A stretch of DNA of 55,986 nucleotides, the filler included, from Sphacelaria rigidula (lineage: Eukaryota), in assembly GCA_964200075.2 (NCBI GenBank). It is 4 parts of 4 records of this genome, joined end to end, with 100 filler letters (N's around TTAATTAATTAA, not from the genome) between each part and the next. Parts side by side here need not be neighbours in the genome. Positions count along the whole stretch, not along the records: positions 28,046 to 41,966 come from CAXNAA020002586.1; positions 42,067 to 55,986 come from CAXNAA020002587.1; 2 more parts are not named here. One strand, 5' to 3'. Below, in pieces: positions 37,053 through 49,600 of this stretch (its first letter is position 1; every line of letters begins with the position of its first letter). A program made the position numbers and the translations under genes. The notes below the pieces were generated by a model. The model did not search any database and had not been told where the DNA came from. It saw only the letters and a program-made list of their open reading frames with translations.

Positions 37053-37437
37053 CTCAGCGAAGGACAACGCAAATTATTATCGCTCAGTCTATTTCGCAAG
37101 ATTAAAAAAAAAGGACGTGCCGCGAGATGGAGCCTGGTATATGTCATAATAACTCCACTTCTTCTGCAGTCTCAAGAGGCGAGTAAAACAAAACAAACAC
37201 GTTGCAATATTTCATACATGTAACTTGAAGATCTCTGCTTCTCTGTTCTTATCTTGTCCGCTACAACAGTCGATACTGACTCGTCAACGCTCTGTCTGCA
37301 ATTGTGGGATCATCGATCGAATCCACATCAGTTTGATCAGGAAAATATGATACGCTGGACAACAGTAGATTACGTTGTCATCAAAATCAACGATTTGTGA
37401 GACGAAGATGACCTATCTTGGCCGCGGCGACCACCGC

Positions 37438-37645
37438 TTAACCCTTTGACCGCGAGATTAGTCTTTCTGGACGATGCATACTTTTTCTTCACTTGAAATT
37501 GATGCCGATTCAACAGAAGACTAACCTCGCGGTCTAAGGGTTAATCCTTTAACCGCGATGCGGCTAGTCCGTCTGAATCACATACCTTTCAACCGAAATT
37601 AATGCCGATTCAGCAGGTGACCTACCCTCGCGGTCAAAGGGTTAA
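37438..37645. mobile_element. Two family-A MITEs sharing a TTAA
   Basis: TTAA-[37442-37540]-TTAA-[37545-37641]-TTAA. Confidence 0.88.
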
Positions 37646-40600
37646 ATCTGAAGTATCGTATTCACTTGACAAATGAATCCCTGACCAACCCTGGGGGCCA
37701 AAAAGGCAAGAGACCCTACCCGCAAGTGTTGGTTGTGGTACGAGTATGTGATCTACCACAACAGGCTGGACGGTAGTAGGTCATACCATGCACACATGAG
37801 AAAACATCGAACATGTTACGTTGGGGGACAGAAGGTTCCAGGAAACATGGAAGGCTGTACCGCACACAAGGATTTGTTCTATACCCACCATGTGCAACAA
37901 CAAAAATACGGTAACACGCAAACACCTTCGGAGAATATAGTGGGTATTCATGCCCTCTGTGTGCTGTATACGTGCACCACTACTACCTACCACACTTGCT
38001 GCTGCTACTGCTGCTACTACTTCTGCGCAGCTTGTAATCGCAGAGCACGAACGAAGCTAAATGCCACGCAGTAGAATCGTTTTCCTCAAGCTGTTGTTGT
38101 CGTGACAGTCTCGCCGGAAAATATATTCCGAACGCGTACACTCGAAATAAAGAATAAACGAAGGGCAACAGCCCAGACGCAGGCGGTCGGTCCTCACGTT
38201 GAAAGGCGTCATGAGAAAATCTCTGAGTGTTGGGTGCTCCCCGCTATGGAACGATAGTTGACTGTACTGAGGCCGGGTTCAAGTTTTTTGTTGTTCCTAT
38301 CCGCCGTTTACCCAAGCCACCGCACGGAAAACTGGTCAGCTTCTACGCACACTCCGTGAAGGAGCATGGGTGACAGATCTCAGACGAGGGAAATACAGGA
38401 AATGGGGGACGTTTGATATGTGGGCCTCCTGAGAGTAAACACAAAATACGATGACGGCATCGCATGCGTGTATCTCCACACGCCGAAGCAAGCAACTACT
38501 TCAGGATCGAGTGGGTGTGACCGCTTCTTCGTGCCGACCACGCGCGCCTGACTGAGGCGCAGAGTAGTACTGTTGTTGTGGTGCCCTGGAAATCGATAAA
38601 AGCCCAGACCGTACTGTTGACAAAACTGTTACTGCTGGTACTAGTACATAATTCGGAGTATAAGTTCACTACAGTTGAAAGCTTAGAGGTTTCAAAGGGA
38701 AGACCAAACAACTGAAACAGCAACTTGGAATCGAGGCAACACCAGAATGAAGTGCATACGACTCACAAGAGGCGTCTCAAGCTCGAGTTTCCCCTTATCT
38801 TCAACAGTAAATTACGCTTGAATATATCAAGAACCGAGTTTTGAGATACCTCTACCGTAGAGAGTGAACATCAGGAGCGCGCGCGCAGGGAAGGAGGGGG
38901 GGGGGGGGCATTTGTGAGGACATGGGAAAAGCCGCATCACGGGTTCATTCTAGACGTGAGCACACGAATTAAACCTGGGCAACAGGCAGCAGATGATTGA
39001 TGATCGCATGGTGTATGGCGCACAGAGGGGAACCTCCCCAACTGAATAACGCAACTTGACCGCACTTTTGAAACTACACGGAGGATACAACATTGTATTT
39101 TTGTACCGTACAGGGAAGGCAAGAAAAGTGGATTTATTGAAGGGATAAGTTACGCTGGGGTTACTCTTGCCGTTGTATGGAACGGTGGACGGCGTTGGGC
39201 TATTGCCGGACTGTGCGCCCACAAGACTGTCTGTGCAGTGCCTCGTGTGTCCCATACCCCTCAGTATGATAAAACTGCAACAGGAACCGTGAGGGACCGT
39301 CTGTAGCTATCCTGTCTGGGTATACGTACCACAATCGAGTGTACTGCTTGGACTTGTGACCGTACCGTCTGTGTGCGTCCCTGACAGGGGTGCCGACAGA
39401 CAAAAACTCAACCGACGTTTAGGTACATGTATGTAGTATTTGTAATAGCGTAAATGTTGTTGTACTGAACTGCACTACTTTGTACAGACTGCACACAGTG
39501 TTGCTGAGCTGCGCCGGTGAGAGAAAGAAGCAGATGTCACTACACACGACAGTACAACAGTAGTGAGTACAACAGTAGTACTGTCTGTAGTATCGGGTAG
39601 GACGAGTCATGCCTCGAAATATCTTGATTTTAGACTTCAGTAGGGAGACATGTGTCGGCCTTTACGGAAATGGGAATTCCAACGACGCTTTCATATATTG
39701 GTTGTCATCATGTTGTCAGGATGGCACCCGACGCTTTCTTACCAAAGATGGTCACACGATGAACGCGGATATTCCCTGCCTACCCCTCTCTGTCCAATAA
39801 TGCACTCATCAAACAGAAAATAATGGAATTCTTCTTTCCGGGGACCTCAGCATCTATTAGAGGAGCACAGACATATGTTCATACGTTCGATATTTGCGAA
39901 CCTCAATGTTGGGGAGGAGGAGGTCATTTGACTTACTTTTTTGTGAGCGGAGTGGCTTACAAGTCTGTGCATCTATCTCACTTTCGAAAAAACTAGCAGT
40001 AGCAGACGGTTCCATTTGCTGGCTGCTGGCGAATAAAACCCACACCCAAGCCGGTGAAGTACTACTATCCTCTCCTGCCCAGTACTGCCACTGTTCTAGT
40101 GCTGTGCTACAGCGGATCGATGACTACTCGACACTTTACTTGCACAAGCTCAAGACCGGGCTGTTGTTGCTGCGATTACTGCTGTTGTGCGTTGTTGTAA
40201 ATACAATTTGCTCATTATTTAACCCAACTGTTGTTTCGAGCGCCCTCCCGCAACTCCCCCCCCCCCCCCCCGCCCAACAACAACAACAGTCACATGTTCA
40301 ATGCAGTAATACAGGTAGTCTACGCAGCAATCCTGTAATCACAGAGGTGGAGTGAACTCTTCTGCCCTGACGTTGCCTTGGGGTTGCTTCGAGTGAAGAA
40401 GTTGTTGGCAATGATGGAGACATGAGTCCCCCCCCCAACCCTCCCACGACGACCGACCTTGAAGAGACTGTCAGAAACACGGTTTATACTCTAAATAAAC
40501 GAGACGACAACTTGCGACATTTTCACCACATCACCCAGAGACATTGAAATATTCCTCCGCTTGTTACCCTTGCCTTCCCCCGCCCCCTATGCCACGCGCC

Positions 40601-43600
40601 CTCCGTCAAATCTCCAAACCTAACTCACCTCCCATTTCTCTCCTCCACCACATCCCGTATAGGCCTTCGATATATCATCTCCTAACTTCCCCCAACAAGC
40701 AGGACGACGTGGTGCACAGCCAGCCTCTCTTTTCCGCACCACCGCCGCACTCCCTCCCCTCCCAGCTCTGGCCTTTCTCAAACGTACCCAGCGGGTTTGA
40801 GACGCTGTCAACAGTACAGTACGGTATTCGCCCTGTCTGCCTGCCTGTCACCAAATAATCAAAGCTGGAGGTCGAAGTACGAACGCTCACGAAACTTCCG
40901 CCTCGCTCGCGTCCACGGCGGGAAGTGCGACGACCGATGGTCTGGTGGTACGTAGAGAGATAGCACAGCGTGCGAACAACAGTGGATGCTGACCCTGTGT
41001 CGCGGAAACAGATAGGCACACGGGGTGATGCCCTCCTTACCCTCTCCTGCTGCTGGGTGCGACTGTTATGTACTAAAATAATATTATAAATAAGCGACTG
41101 TTTTTCCGTTTTGCAATTTTCAATTTTTGTGAAATGGCAACCCAAAGCTTTGAAACCGTTTGAAACCGTTCACCAGGTATTAAAAAAAAAACTAATACTG
41201 TACGATTCCCGTCCTTTATTTACGTAAATTTGTAGCCCAAGGCCTGCACTGCCACGACAATTAGAGAGGCTGAGCGTCCAGTTCAGCAGGTGCAACCCCG
41301 GCAGCAGCCGCTGATGTGAACGCCCCTTCTTTCCGCCCCACTCACCTCCTGGTTGCCCTTTGCTCCCCCTTTGGGGGTTGCAGGATCGATGTCCAGACGG
41401 AGTGTCTTCGAGTCCCTTGCCTGTTGAAAAAGTCACCAAGGTCCTTTTTCAGAGGATGTTACAAAACGCCCATGTGTAATTTTGATGGCGTTCTTTGACG
41501 CGAGTAGAGATGCGCGGTACGCCTATTGCACACACCTTTTTGATACACTTTTAATGTCAGTCACCCAGAGGAGTCACGTCCTCACGTACTGTACTAGTAC
41601 TCTCTGCACAGTGAACTAGCACCATCTGCACACTGTTGTGGTATGGTGGTCTTCACCATTAACACCCCGAGCGTGAATAAATGTATTATTGTAGAACGCA
41701 TTCACGTTCCGTCTACATACATCACTCAATTTTATACTAATAATAGTACGCGCACCGGCTGAGCCACCCTGCACTCGGATTGTGCGTAGTAGACAAGTTG
41801 GGACATCAGGTTCGAGAGGTGGGCTTTGAAATTTGGTCTGGGATATTTGGTGTGGGGTATCGCAGGGGCAATATGTGGGAGGACAATTAACAGCCGATTC
41901 TCGAAAATAGGGTTGAAAAAAAGAATGAGGTTCAACTTAAAAGCCGTGCTTTCCCTGACCTAAATTNNNNNNNNNNNNNNNNNNNNNNNNNNNNNNNNNN
42001 NNNNNNNNNNTTAATTAATTAANNNNNNNNNNNNNNNNNNNNNNNNNNNNNNNNNNNNNNNNNNNNCTGTCCGAAACCGTCATTTCTACTTTTTTTGGGG
42101 GGAGGGTGATATAAGGGAAAGCAGCATTTTCGGTCAGTGCTGTAAGCTCACAGAGTCGATAAAATGCGCTGAAGAAGTATCTACGCGATCGAGGGGCACT
42201 AGGCCGACAAAAAAGTCATTGGGTACCATCGCTGAAAGCGTGGAGAAAGTACTGTTTTGGGCTCGAACCTCATTTCATTGATGAACCTCATTTTATAGAA
42301 TCCTCTGTTCTACGATCAAAAGAATGTACTTGTTGTTCGTATGCGATGCAGTGTCTATGCTCAGCAAGTCCATCTCCAACTCTTCCCATGAGTCTACGGC
42401 TCGTCAAGGGGTCATTGCAACCTTGCGGCTAGCCTCATTTCTCCTCCTACAGCCGCAAGATAACACGTATCAGAGACTTTCGGAAAACTTTTTTCCCATC
42501 TTAGAGTAAGATTGGAAGGGAATTAGCCGGTTACGGTGCACATTCCATTCTAATTTTGTTTCAGGGCGATTGTGTCAGAGTGAGAGTGCCGTTTGCACCA
42601 CTTCACTCTGAAAACCGTTGTTCCTCTTCAGAGTTCATAGTGGAATGAAAAAGAACCACGCCCACCTTCACCAGCATGGTCACATCCAGTCTAAAGTCAA
42701 TAAACCCTAACAAGCAAAGTGGGACATTCATCATTCACAAAACTGACATACTCATCACAACGGGACACTCACATCGTAGAAAAACTTGGCATCGCAATCA
42801 GAAGGCCTCCCTGATGCCGCCATGGTACGAGTATCAGTATTCGCTTGGTTGCGTTGCGTGAAAATTCAAATGCTCGACGGGTACACGTTGCCTTGGGTGC
42901 AGTTCCTCACTCTCGCCAGCTTCAGCTGGAAGAAGACGGTGGGAACGATTCGTAGTCTACAGCGCACAAGCAGTACTATACCTGGCTGTATTCCCATCCC
43001 GTCAGAGATCATGACGTCTTGTGCCACCGTTATGGGTGGCATTGTTGTTAAACATCATTGCAATGCGGCAGAGGTCTGTGATTTGAAAATGCTACGTACC
43101 GTACTGTCTGTAGTACTGCTTGTACAACTATACAAACTAACTCTCTACACGGTATCGCTGTACCATGGTTCACCGCGTCGCGATGCACTCTCGTAGGTTT
43201 CTGTATTGCTCTCCAAGTACTGCACCGTACTCCACGCTGCACAGCACTACAGCACTACAGCACTTTAGTGTCCTGTAGTGCGCCGTAGTGGATTGAAGTA
43301 CTGCAGATGCAGTGAAAAAGCGTAGTGTACGGTGCGTACGGTGCCGCAGTGTAACGCACAGTCAGTGTTGTCCCGGCCTATGCATTTTTGGACTGGACGC
43401 TGGTCGATCGTACATTTGGCGGGGCAACCTGCGGCTGATCACTGCGACAAAAAAAATCACGTCAAGCCACGTCACATCAGCTTCCGCTATGAACTTTTTA
43501 TCGTCCACTGTGAAGTTCCGAAGCTTCCACTCTGCACCCTGACTCTATGATAATAAAACATCTTCCGACACTCTCTATTGCCTGGTATCCTTGATCATCG

Positions 43601-44497
43601 ACGGCCAAAAAAAACGATCTCGCATCAAAGACAGCGTGGCGCCTACTCCAGCATGGCCATGTAAGGTGTGATGCCGGGTACCATCACAGAGGGGATGGCT
43701 AGCCATGGTTTCTCAGCGTCTTTCGTAAACCACGCCACACCTTGATCGCCCAGACTGTGTTTGTATGCAACGTCGTCACTCATCGTACTCTTGGCGTTAT
43801 TTTTCGTACTGGGTGCCTCCTCTCCCCCCTTGCACCTCGTTGGCACTCACCACTCTCTCGCAGTCTATAGCACTCGTATTGGGTATCTCTTCCCCCCCCT
43901 GCACCTACAAATGAGTACGCCCCCCCCCTGCACCTCATTGGCACTCACCATACTCTCGCAGTCTGCCTCACTCTTATTGGGGATCTCTTCTCGCCTCTGC
44001 ACTTCGTCGGCACTTACCGTACTCTCGCCATCTTTGTCACTCGCACCGTGCGCCTTCTCTCCCCCCAGTATTGATCTAACCTACCCCAAGAAGGCGTCCT
44101 CCTCCTGTTGGCGTTTCAGCGCGGTTGTGGTTGTTAATATCTGTGTCGCCTTCTCGAATGCCGACGTGTCCACTGCGGTTTTCGCCGGAGTTGAAGGACT
44201 TTCCCCCCCAGCGATGAGCACCTCTTCCACTTCCAGCCGCTCGCTGATTGGGGCACGGGTAATGGGGGTAGGCTTCATCGTAGGGACTTCAATAGGCGTG
44301 AGACCTACCGGCGGAAGATTCATCTAAACATCTGTGGGCACGGTACGTATGTGAGCAGCGCCGGGGAACTGCAAACGCACGGATGGTCGACGAATTCTGG
44401 GAGAACGATGGGGTGATTCGTCTTCTATTGACGCGCAGTCAGCGAAAGGGAGTGTTAGCGAGGTGCCTAGGCATCTCGCCTCGACTACATCCGTGTG

Positions 44498-45946
44498 TTA
44501 TCTCTTGAAACCATAGGCTGATAACTCTGACAACCATTTCCCGTCCAGTTGCGGGCCGCGGGACCTTGCGGCTTCTAAGGGTGTGCCGGAGGTTAAATCG
44601 TCGGGAAATGAGTCGTCTATGTCGTCTCCTGGTTCCTGTTGGTGCGGGAGACGGGATATAGCGTCAGGTAACACGTATTGGGTTCCCTCCCGCCATCGAA
44701 GTTCCATGTCGTACTCCACGAGTCGGAGCGCCCACCTGTACAGCTTGGGACACAGATCGCAACTACGAAACAAACATGCTAGCGCGGAACAGTCGGTGAC
44801 TAATCTAAACTTCCTGCCCGCTAGGTACGGTCTAAAGTGTTGGACCCCCATACTACGACCATACATTCCCTCTCCGTGGGTGCTCGGCGTAAGTCTGCAC
44901 GTGAAAATCGATGACTCGGAAATGCGACGATGCGAGACTCGTCCCCCACTGGCTGTAAGAGAGTGCCCCCCCGCACCCACTGTGCTGGCATTCGTCTGCA
45001 ATTCAAACGCGCTGCACAGGTCGGGGAATGCGAGTATCGCTGTTGATGCTAGGGAAGACTTGAGTGTCTGGAACGCTGCTTCCTGGTCATCACCCCACGG
45101 AATAACCAGCTTTCGTGTACGACGTGAGGCAAATTCTTTGTTGCGAAGAATGTTGGTCAACGGGGCGGCTATTATGCTGTGCTTCTCGACAAACTGTCTG
45201 AGGTACCCGGTGAGTCCGAGAAACGAACGGAGTTCCTCAACAGTGCGTGGATGTGGCATCTTAGCGATTACGGTGAGTTTGGACGGGGCCGGTTGTTTAC
45301 CTGTACTATCGATTAACATACCAAGGAACTCCTGGGACGGTGCTGCAAAGCTGCATTTGGCAAACTTCACCGAGAATTCTGCGGTCGACAATCGTTTCAA
45401 GATCATGGTAAGTAGAGCCAAGTGCTTATCCCACGAGGGACTGGCTATGAAGATGTCATCTAGCCGACCGTGTACGCCAGCCAGGTTGCCTATTGTTGAT
45501 TTCACTCTACGAGTGAACGCCGCTGGGAGTACTGTCAGCCCATAACCCGCCCTGGTGAACTCGAAAAGTGGGCCGTCTGCACCTCTGAACGCCGTTTTGT
45601 GGCGGTCTTTCTCAGCAATCTCAATTTGGTGAAATCCTGAGGCTAGATCTGGTTGCGTAGAATATATCTTGCCTTCGAGACCATCAAATATAGACTGCAT
45701 GTCACCCAGCCCACCGCTATCAGACACTAAATGCTTGTTCAAAGCACGCCAGTCGATGCTCAGGGGCAAGGTACCATCTTGCTTTTTGACACAAAGACAT
45801 TGCGCAGCCCGGGGGGAAGTTGAGGGGCGGATAACGTCGCGGTCAAGAAGCTCATGAACTTCTTCTCTAATCATTCGGCGTTCTTCCGGCGAGAAACGGC
45901 GTTGTTCTGCGGCGAAGGGCGTGCTAGCTTCGTCAATTAATGGCAA
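44498..45946 (-). pseudogene. Gypsy pol RT/RNase H
   Basis: 482-aa ORF with RT and RNase H motifs and a frameshift within RNase H (alternate frame RAPTERECMVVVW). Confidence 0.9.
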
Positions 45947-47106
45947 TCTAGCTCACCATTGATGCAGGCTGGCACCCGCTTGGGATCCGTGGGAAACAAT
46001 CCTGCTTCGACGAAATCCCGTAGGACGCGCACAAGTTCCGCCTTCTCTGCTCCCCCAAGCTGTCCCATGTTTGCATCCGATCCGGACCTGGCTGGGTTCT
46101 GAGGGTAGTTGGTCACTCTCGGGGCACGAAGGGGGTGCGGGCAAAGCAAGTTGATCTACTGTTGACGGCGTGTCGTCGAAAAGTGAGTGAAAGCGAGCAG
46201 GATCGCGCACGTTGAGGGCTATCAAGCGCGCGATTGTCCCGGAGATCTTCTCTTCGGCCCTATCTTTACCTCTGCTTACCAACTTACAGTAAACCGGAAA
46301 CCCTGGTACCCACCACAACACTCCTTTACCTATCCCTACCAACGCTTCACCGTCTAGATCGTACTTAGCCAAGGGTAGCATCAGAACTAGCTGCTTGCCT
46401 TGCGGTTGGTGTCCCATGATCACCGCTTCCACCGCCATACTTACAAACCCATTGATGGAGACGGAACGCTCGGCCAGCTTTACGTTCCACTCCCTCGTGC
46501 CGTCGTCTTCCCAGGCAACGTCGCTGTAACTGGGGAACTTACAGGGCGCGGGGAAAGGCGTGATAAGCGAACGGGCTTTATTGAGCAGGTCTAGGGCAGA
46601 GAGTATACTCGGTGCAGCATGTCAGGGGCTATCATCAGTCAAAAACGGAATCCACGGTGCGGACGGGGTAGGGCGAAACCCACCTGTTGCTTTGAACTCC
46701 AGACTGCTACGATTTTCCCTGAAAACCTCGGCCCCCACAATGAGCCCGTAAGGTAGGTCCTTTACCACCCTAACTGCGACGTTACTAACGCGATCATCCT
46801 TAGCGAACAACATGGGTATCACGACTGATCCGACTATAGACATCGGGGGTACCTTGCTCTGCAAGGGGTTGGCGGCGCGAAGAGCGCCAGCGTTGTTCGT
46901 GTCTGGCTTGGCCTGTTTTACTTCTGCTTTTATGAGGCAACGCCCCCACCTGCCTCGGTGTCCAATTCGAGTGGCCACCATCTCCAAGCCCGGCTCCGGT
47001 GCCAGATCTCTCCCGCCACCCACAATTGATCTCCGAGACGGCGCTCGATGGCTGCCAACTCCTCCTTCAGCAGGTTTCCCAGGTTGAAAATACCTGGGGC
47101 ATCCCC

Positions 47107-48650
47107 TCATTTGTCGCCGTTGCTGACAGAGGACGATTCTTTGTTCTCGTCGTCTTCTTCCTCCCTTCCACCATCGCTACCCTTGTTGATCAGTCCCATG
47201 TCGATCGCGGCTAAGTATTGGGCTTCCGTGGGGACTACGAGTCGCTTCTGGGGGATGGCGGCTCTACGGCGGGCCTTGACGTTCCTGTAGTAAGCCGGCG
47301 TGATGGTACCGTGTGTGTACGGACAACGAGTGCTATCGCGGCGGCGGCAGGCACCCGTCAAACCGTGGCCGAAGCAGATCTTGTTTCTGCGGAGGTAATC
47401 GATGACCTCTTCTTGGTTCCCCGTCGGGGAGGGGACGGCTTGCTGATCGCGGGTACTTACAGCCGAGGATAAACGCGGTGGCGGGGTGGGTGCAGCAGAC
47501 CAAGGAGACACTCCTTTCGCCGCCGCTGTCCAACCTTGATTCTGCACGTCTCTGGCCGACAGGTGTTTCTGTTCTACGAAAGGAACACCATGATGTCCCC
47601 GGATTGTCCCTGGTGTGTTGTTGAACGCTGCAGCTAGGGCCGATGTCTGCTGCTGAACGTATTCGCACGACTGCGGTTGCGCGTACTCTATCTGCGGTAG
47701 GATCCTGGGAGTAGACGCAGGGACTGCGGCAACACGGGGCATTAAACCTCCATTTTCGCCGCGGAGCGCGGCGAATTGTTCGGGGGACACTTGCCGAATA
47801 TCATCTAGCGAAAAAAATCGGTCTGGCCCTACCCTGCGACTTGCTTTCTTCTGAACTGGCTCCCTGTGATGCTTCGAGGGGCGTGCGGTAAGAACTCTGA
47901 TGAACTCGTCGTACAATCCTTGAGCTACCTCACCACGGCGGCGTATGGGTCTCCCCATCGGGTTTCGAAACTCCTCTGCAATGTCGGCGAGCTTGGTGTC
48001 CGCTACGCTCATCTTCGCGTGGAGAAGTGATTGCATGCCATCTCTGCAAACTTCATCGGGCAAGAGGGCTCGGACGACGCATCCGTACAATTCGTTCAGC
48101 TGCCCCGTCGTAGTAAAACGCCATAAGAAGTCAGTGGCAGTGGCATGAGGACGGCTTGCGCTAGCTAGGGTGGCTTTGTAAGCCAACACAAGTCGCTCAG
48201 CCGTATTTTGCCAAGATTCACCGTTCTTCAGGGTGATCTCTTTCAATGCTTCGCGTGCATTTTCGGCGGAATCACTATTGAGGGCTTCTTCACGAACTAA
48301 AAGGCGCAACCAATCGGTAGCCGTGACCTGATCGCGGCGGACGACTTCGGTTCCGCCTGAGATGCGGTACACCCGAACATGAACGCCTGACAGCAGCGCT
48401 AGTGCCACCGCCTGCAAGCACGTCTACATGTGGATCACGACGGCAGGGCGAGTACTTGTCGACGTGTTTCACCCACCTTCCTCCAACATGCTGTACGTTC
48501 TCGGGGAGCGTTAGCGCTCCACGTTCCACATGTCGCAGTGTGCTCCAGATCTTCTCCTGGAGGAGTACAGCACTGTTTGCTATTGTAAGCTTACCTGGTG
48601 AAGTGCCCCTGTATATTGGTATCGTGGAGGTGTCCGTAATGCGCCTACAC
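47107..48650 (-). pseudogene. Gypsy gag-like ORF with C-terminal CCCH motif
   Basis: Long ORF upstream of the protease; CFGHGLTGACRRRDSTRCPYTH near the C-terminus; frameshift near 48415. Confidence 0.75.
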
Positions 48651-48773
48651 ACCCGCTCGTTTACCTAGCCAGTTGGTTGGCTTCGACCCCTTCGTCTCGT
48701 TTCTTCATGCCTCCCTCCCTCAGTCTCTTGTCCATCCTGGCGTGACTGATTGTCACTGTAGGTTCTGGGACGG

Positions 48774-49030
48774 GAGTGATGCTACAGTAAGGGTGCACAC
48801 ATATTTTCTGAGGTTAGAATTGTTAGGAGCCCTGTATCTCGTCCAAGACACCACTTACGAAATATGTGAGAGCACGCCAGGATTACTACTTCAATGTGCT
48901 AGAGATATCCCGAATGAATTTGCAAACGGGGATGCCCTGACCCATATTCTTGTGTAATATACAACTGTTAGGAGCCTCTGAACCAGACAAGATTTCGCGC
49001 AAAAAGTGTACCCCTAGCTTAGCATTGCTC
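48774..49030 (-). mobile_element. 257-bp GAG...CTC TIR element (same family as 24561-24818)
   Basis: GAGTGATGCTA...TAGCATTGCTC with ACGG on both sides (48770-48773, 49031-49034); the interior aligns in reverse to 24600-24785. Confidence 0.85.
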
Positions 49031-49338
49031 ACGGCTCGTGGAGCGGTATCTCACACGGGGCAGAGTGCGGCGAGGGAATGCGGAGACGAGAGTGCGAGGG
49101 GCGGCGGGAACTACGGGAGTCCCGCGATATAGTGCGTCGGCGCGATGTAGAGCGACGGCGACAAAAACGAGAGCGGGAGCGGGAATCTCGGAATCGGAAC
49201 GGCTTCGATGTGCCGAGGAGAATCCGGAATCGGAGCGGCGTCTATCTTCACGCCTTCCTCATCCTTCACGGCGTTCAGCGCCCCTTCCGGGCGTTTTTCG
49301 GTGCTTCGGATGTGCTGTACTTACCAACTAGTACAGCA

Positions 49339-49600
49339 TGAAACATCGGCGGTGGGACACGTGTATTTCATCAATCCCCATAGTCACAATAAAAAAATGT
49401 AAGCCAGGAAAACAAAGATGTGTAGCGACACAGTTTCGTTTGCCCCAGTTCAGTATGCGACAAAAAGGGACCGATCGAAAAAACAGCAAAGAGGGGGGAA
49501 AGGACGCGGACAGGGTAGAAGGGGGAAGCACGGAAGCGTCGCGTTGATTAGTACGTGTTTTTAATAATAGTCAGCGATCAAGGACTGTTGGCATTTTACA
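49339..49600 (-). repeat. Candidate 5' LTR of the minus-strand Gypsy
   Basis: Minus strand TGTAAAATG...GATGTTTCA followed closely by TGGTAAG. There is no second LTR in the window to confirm the boundaries. Confidence 0.3.

Larger units (their letters stand above)
43555..49330 (-). mobile_element. Ty3/Gypsy retrotransposon relic (gag, protease, RT, RNase H, start of integrase)
   Basis: RT VIRPSTSP...DWRALN...DLASGFHQI...LDD; RNase H LQTNAS...FRLVTDCSAL...RWALRL...PDAISR; integrase zinc-binding start HGHAGVGATLSLMRDRFFWPSM at ~43590-43660; gag ORF 47107-48417. Frameshifted and 3'-truncated. Confidence 0.93.

Noticed and set aside
34615..37645. CRISPR-like array
   Set aside because: Units are ~100-300 bp TIR elements joined by TTAA. 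There are no constant short repeats with unique spacers, no cas genes, and the context is eukaryotic.
44583..45545. 320-aa + strand ORF
   Set aside because: Antisense shadow of the Gypsy RT/RNase H frame.
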